A stretch of 63,825 bases of DNA, the filler included, from Perkinsus olseni (taxonomy: Eukaryota), in NCBI GenBank assembly GCA_013115125.1. It is 5 parts of 5 records of this genome, joined end to end, with 100 filler letters (N's around TTAATTAATTAA, not from the genome) between each part and the next. Parts side by side here need not be neighbours in the genome. Positions count along the whole stretch, not along the records: positions 51,202 to 63,825 come from JABANN010000786.1; 4 more parts are not named here. One strand, given 5' to 3'. Position 1 is the stretch's first letter. Each line of letters starts with the position of its first letter. The notes below the pieces were generated by a model. It ran no database searches. It was not told the origin of the DNA and saw nothing but the letters and a program-made list of their open reading frames with translations. Shown one piece after another: positions 58,571 to 63,825 of this stretch. A program made the position numbers and the translations under genes.

Positions 58571-61500
58571 ATGAGCCAGCTGGACGATAATATACCTCTA
58601 AAATCCCAGAAGTGAGTATCCTCCTCTCGGGTAATCCCACTCGTATTCCGCCGCAAAGTTGACTTTTATTCTCAGAGAAGACGTCTTTCTTACTCCTGAG
58701 CTAGGGTCGTCAGATCGGTTTCCCGATTTCCCGCGGGGCCTTCGAGGGAGCCTTAATCAAGCACGCGAGATTGCTAAGACGATAGAACAGAACGTTATTT
58801 CCCGAGGTCGGACGAACTCGCAACGCCCGCCAGATTGCACTGAGACGCTTCGTATCATTTGCGAGGAGTCTCCTAGTTGCGGCGTTGTCGATCATGATGA
58901 TCAGCACAGCTACCGAGTGAAAATGAAAGTGCTAGGAGCTTCGGGCTTACCCGACATGTCTGACGACAAGTGGCTCGGCGGGTGTTGCGACGCCTGTGCT
59001 CGAATTGTCTTCAACGGAGAGATAATAGAGACGGCAGTCGTCGACAACTGCAGAGAACCTGTATGGGAATCTACTCGTGTATTCGAGAGAATACCTAAGC
59101 GCGAAGTGTGGTTCGAGGTCGAGGTCTGGGACAAAAGGAAGGGGGTCGTGGCCGACGTCCTTATTGGTCAGAGCGAGAAGCAGAGTGCTCGGCTGGATCT
59201 GGTTGGTTCTCCCGCAATTCCAGCAGCAAGGATTGCCTCCATGCAAGGTTTTCCAGCATATGGGCGCTGATATCCGTGTGCCAATACGTAACGCCTACGG
59301 AGAGGGCAATCCGACGGTCACGCTCCGTCTGGAGGCTGAAAGGTGGACGCTTGTTCAGGTGAGCCCCCTTTGCTCATGAGACTCTCGGAGAAAACTCGGA
59401 GAAGTCCTTCGAGTGAAATCTATGCGACTCTCCGTTCTCTTGGAGAACGAAACACAGCTCGAAAATAAACAGCTTCGAAGTCGGTGGCGTCAAGTTCCCT
59501 AAATTCCGCTTCTCGCTCTCAAGTCCCCGTCGGTGCTGATCCTCAGTTCTACGTTACTGCACTCGAGGCCGCGGACGGCTCACATTTGGACGAAGACCAC
59601 CTCGTCAAGCTAAGCCTCAGTGAAGATTTCAATCAGACAAGCTATCTCCGAATACCGGACAGCAGTGTGCCTATCGAAGTCTCAACGATCGAGGTGCCCT
59701 TGAGCCGCTCCGATAGCAAGGTTAAGGCGGTTGCGAGGCTGATGAGAAGAGAACGATGGTAATTCACGTGAGATTCCTAGGTTTCTCACTTCGTTCGCTC
59801 TTGCTGTCCGCCGCGTCTTTCAACCGCGATTTACACAGATGTGAATAATGAGTCTCGTCTGGAGCTTCCCAATGATCTTTTTCACTGAGTCTGAAAAAAA
59901 CCCGACTTCCCAGAATTCTACTGCAGGTTGATTGGCGACCCTGTAGAGCACGAAGTTGCGATATTCGAGGTTCCGGATATCTCATTGGAGTCGCCGTTGG
60001 ATACTACACGCGTCTTGTCGACTCGTGATCGGCAATGCCACTACGAGCTCCACTTCTGCTCCCGACTTCATCCGGCGCGAGAAAACGGATTCGTCGTCCC
60101 GCCAGTACCAATGCCCGATAGTATTTGCGGAGAATATGTGAATTGGAATATTTGGGTTGACTATCCAGATAGATCGTCCCAATGTCCGGTCCACGACGGG
60201 AACGAACTTGTGGCGGAGGTTCGGTCTTCTCCGTTTTGGCAGGAGGAAGCTGATGGAAATTGCTTCGTCCCTGGTCGTATCCAGCTCAGCGGACCAGCTA
60301 CGCGGAATGAGTGCGAGATGGTCCTAATCTTTCGAGACAGCTCGTCGACTGACGGTGTAGCCTTTAGCCGGTTCATTGCTCGGGAGTCGGGCCCAATAAC
60401 TCTATTGCTGTCAACGCTGTGTAAGACTTGCTGTTGGACGCGTGTTGAGATCTCGTGTGAACTCATGCCGTGGATTTATATATACTTGGATACAGCTCGA
60501 GGTGAGGTGGAAGTCTCAGTTGGAGACCGAGGGCTCCGACTGGTCACTGGTTGTCCGATAATCGTGGCTCTTAACGAGACGTCGACCTTCATAAAATTCC
60601 CGCAGCATGAGAAGGAATTCTTTCTGCCGAACTACCTGCAGAGGGAAAGCATGCATCCAGCTTACGTGAACATAACCCTCGGCGATACACTGGTTCGTCT
60701 TAGCTGGAGCCTGTTGCCTGTTGCCCTCTCAACCACCCAATCGAAGATAGGCGAGAACTCTGGCAAGGCTCCTCCTGACGGAGGTCTTAGGCGACTGGCG
60801 TTGAAAGTTGACAGCGCGACTAAACTGCCAGCGGAGGCCTGCCTGGTGCGTCTCGATGTCTGTCCAAGGAGTATAGCGATCTCAGCTAGTGCGATGCCTT
60901 TGAAAGACGCGGATGAGCTCATCAAGATTGTGTGCAGAGAACCGCGATACACCAAGAGGGTCGAGCCAAGCCGCCATGTTATCTTCGAAAGTGATTTGAC
61001 CGTCGACTTGACAAACGGTTCCATTCTAGCGTGCACCGTCATCGACTCAGAAGGTTCAGCACTTTGTCTCGGGTACCTGGATGCGGATACTCTCGGGGTT
61101 GGGAGAGAGCACACTGTCTCACTGCACCCCGCCGGTAGCTTGCTGATTACTTCCTGCCATGTCTCCAAAAAATCGCCGACCGTGGTACTGCATGAAGTTG
61201 AACAGGAATCGGGCTCGGCTGGCCGTCTCGAATGCTTTGCTGGACATGAGGTGACTATCCCCGCGCCTGATTCACTCTGTTTGAGTGATAGAGCCCCTGA
61301 CGCCGTGGTAGTCCCTCCACCGACGGATTCCACTGGACAGGAGATCTCGGGACAAATGACACGAGATTTTAAGGAAGATCAGGCAATTAACTCCGCGGAT
61401 GGAACTCGCCCGCCGGTGACAGAGGAGTACGGTGCTGCTACAACTTCTCCCACGACATTGGGACCCAGTCCGGCGATCAGACCTGGTGTCGTAGCTGAAG

Positions 61501-62096
61501 ATTCCCTTAATCGAGAGTTCGAGCCGATCGAAGCATCCGTGATACCCAACTTAGAGCCGCGAATCACTGCAACTCTCCCTGAACCCGGTATAGCACTAGT
61601 GACCACCACGTCAGCAGCCCCTGCAAAGATTGTTCGCCGATCCGAGTCCACGTCGCCTTTAGGCTTGGCGCGGGTCTCTCTGCATGATAAGGTCTCTTCC
61701 TCGGGTGGCGCGGTCGAACTTTCACAGCCAACTTTTTCCCCGCGTTTCGGTGCCATGGGGACGGCCAGTATCAGTATCGATATTGAGAGCCTCCATCTGG
61801 AGGGAAGGGACCTCGAGCCCTGTATCTACGTGTGTGAGACGGAGCCTTTCCGAATTGTGGAACGAGTATGCAGTTCAAGGGCGACCTTCCCGAGATTACC
61901 GACAGGAGCTTCTATTTTCCTCACGGGTTCTTCTCATGGACTTTTGGTGGGATGTCATGAGGTTGACATTGAGGCTGTCACCGAGTCTTCAAACAGGTCC
62001 AGATTTCGTCTCATGGATTCAACAGGTCGGTTGACGGCTGCGTCAGGAGAGTTCAGGTCGAAGTTTAACAGCAATAGGGGCTCGAGTGAACTATGA
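58571..62096 (+). CDS. Large C2-domain-containing protein; multi-exon, 3' end uncertain
   Basis: YRVKMKVLGASGLPDM...DACARIVF...TAVVDNCREPVWE...FEVEVWDK...DVLIG (C2). A second C2-like stretch LALKVDSATKLP...TKRVEP...VIFE lies in the 722-aa ORF 59928-62096. Confidence 0.7.
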
Positions 62097-63825
62097 GCTC
62101 GTGCCGAAGTTGGCTCTGGTAGGCATTACCTGGCAGGTAATACCTGCAGACTGGTTTCTTTATAGCGCTCGAAACTGCGCATGATAAGGATGAGCCGTGA
62201 GAAGCTAAACAGTTTCCTGGAGAGATTCTCCCGCGTTGATTTCACACAAAATTAGATCCAGGTCGAATATTCCCGAATTCGAGCTACGGCAGGGTTATTC
62301 GGGACTTTTGGCAGCGAGGCAGGAATTCAAATTGAATTATTCAATCCGAGTCGTGGTCACCTTGTTGAGATAGTTTTCTCGGAAAGCCCATCTCGTGTGT
62401 TAGCGCCTGCTTTGTGTGCGCCTGCCTCTCTGGCATGACACTGGTATGAAGTTTGGTCAATGATTTATTGGCATCGTTCAATGACGAGATATTCCGATAA
62501 TATTGGAATTCTTCGGGTTTCCATTGCTCGCATCGCACAGCCCAAAAATGCTACCCATCAGCATAGTCACTATGGCACTTTCATAATGACAGTGTCACTA
62601 CGTGGCTGCCACGTACATATAATGCACTACGCCACGTCGTGGAATAGTGTATCATTTGAGCATTATGTAAATGAGTCTTAGATGTAAGAAATGACGGTGT
62701 ATCATACCATGACGAAGTGCGCACGGGGCGACGCACTGTTCGTCACGCACAGCAGGAAGCCGCACCGGTGGCTCAGAACGTTACAGCGGTTTCTTCCTCT
62801 CTGCCATCCAGCCCACCCCGCTCAGCCATGGGCTTCAGCGGAAGCCCAGTAATTCCAGAGTCTACAATGTCCTGATTTCACACCGGCGGCCACAAGACGT
62901 CTCCTTCTTGGCATTTCTAGTATGCAGAGCCAGGCAATTCAACCAGGCTAATTCGTAGTGAATACAGGACAGCAGTGCTGCCACAACGCCTGGTTCAGTA
63001 GGCTGGAGCCGCAAGCGCAATCGCACGTGGGGCACTACTCAACTCTCGTCAATGTGGTTGAGCGACTCTGTACATACATCAGAATGAGCTGATGAGCACA
63101 CGCACCGTTATTGACCCATACAACGCAGCGCTTTCGAGATCGGTGCGGGTGAAAAGAGAGATAGTTGGAGAAATACCTCCTGGAATCCAGATCCGGAAAT
63201 TCGGAAGCATATTCGAAGCTTTGAAAGTTCAGGCCTGCCAGCCTGGCAGTGCCAGGCGACACGACCATTTGTATGTCGAGTATGCGTCGCCGCATTCGTC
63301 TCCGCGCTAGCGTCCCCCGTGTCCCAAAAGGACTGTTCCGGGAATAGTGTTCTCGCCAAAGACGCGCTCACTACGCAAGGGAGCCCAAATCCTGTGTTCG
63401 GAGTCCGAAGCATACCGGCATAAAGTTCTGAGGTTGCCAGAACTTTGAAACCGGCAACCCGTCAGACGGGTCCCATCTCAAGTGCTCAACGATTGAGCAC
63501 TGCTCGATGAGCAGCCAGTGGCTGCCAGCCACTGGCCGCCAGTTACACGCGCCAGTTACTGTGATGCGCTTCGCTCCGCTGTGCTCGAGACGAGACACTT
63601 CCTACTGTAGGAATCCTACATGGATTTACATGGCTTTAGATGATTTAGTACGTCTCTTCCTGTGTGTTGAGTCCTATGTCATCTGATACACCCGAATGGC
63701 ACAGCATACTGGCCATAGAGTGTCCATCCCAATGGTTGACTCATTCCATTTAGGTGAGACACTTTCGCCGCTTGACGCCAAGCTAAAACTGAACATTGTT
63801 TGATCTCAGTGAGCAAAAGAGCACA

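Noticed and set aside
62430-62715. Loosely repeated ATGAC/GTATCAT motifs as a MITE
   Set aside because: The inverted match between the ends is too short and no TSD was found.

Overview
Eukaryotic, intron-dense genomic DNA, most consistent with an alveolate such as Perkinsus (inferred from short GT-AG introns, gene content and composition, not verified). The window is five contigs joined by artificial N-TTAATTAATTAA-N linkers, so adjacency across the linkers is unproven. Genes: a divergent pair of SDR paralogues flanking tRNA-Lys, DHX16/Prp2, an MFS transporter, GMP reductase, a cyclophilin, a GT47 exostosin, XPB, three P5-type ATPase copies, and an AT-rich microsatellite-laden contig (DEAH helicase, WW protein, CSD-SpoU methyltransferase, a MITE). 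The last contig holds a decayed hAT/Dada-like transposase, two damaged tRNA genes and a C2-domain gene. The main unexplained signal is a recurring 22-nt scar made from an 8-mer T: T[1-7] + reverse complement of T + T[2-8]. I found 12 perfect copies by eye, each with a different 8-mer, 9 of them in the last 12.6 kb, plus longer variants. The geometry matches hairpin-type (hAT/Ac-like) transposon excision footprints with 8-bp target duplications. A related scar interrupts the D-loop of a tRNA-Val gene. Exon boundaries were read by eye and gene ends are approximate.
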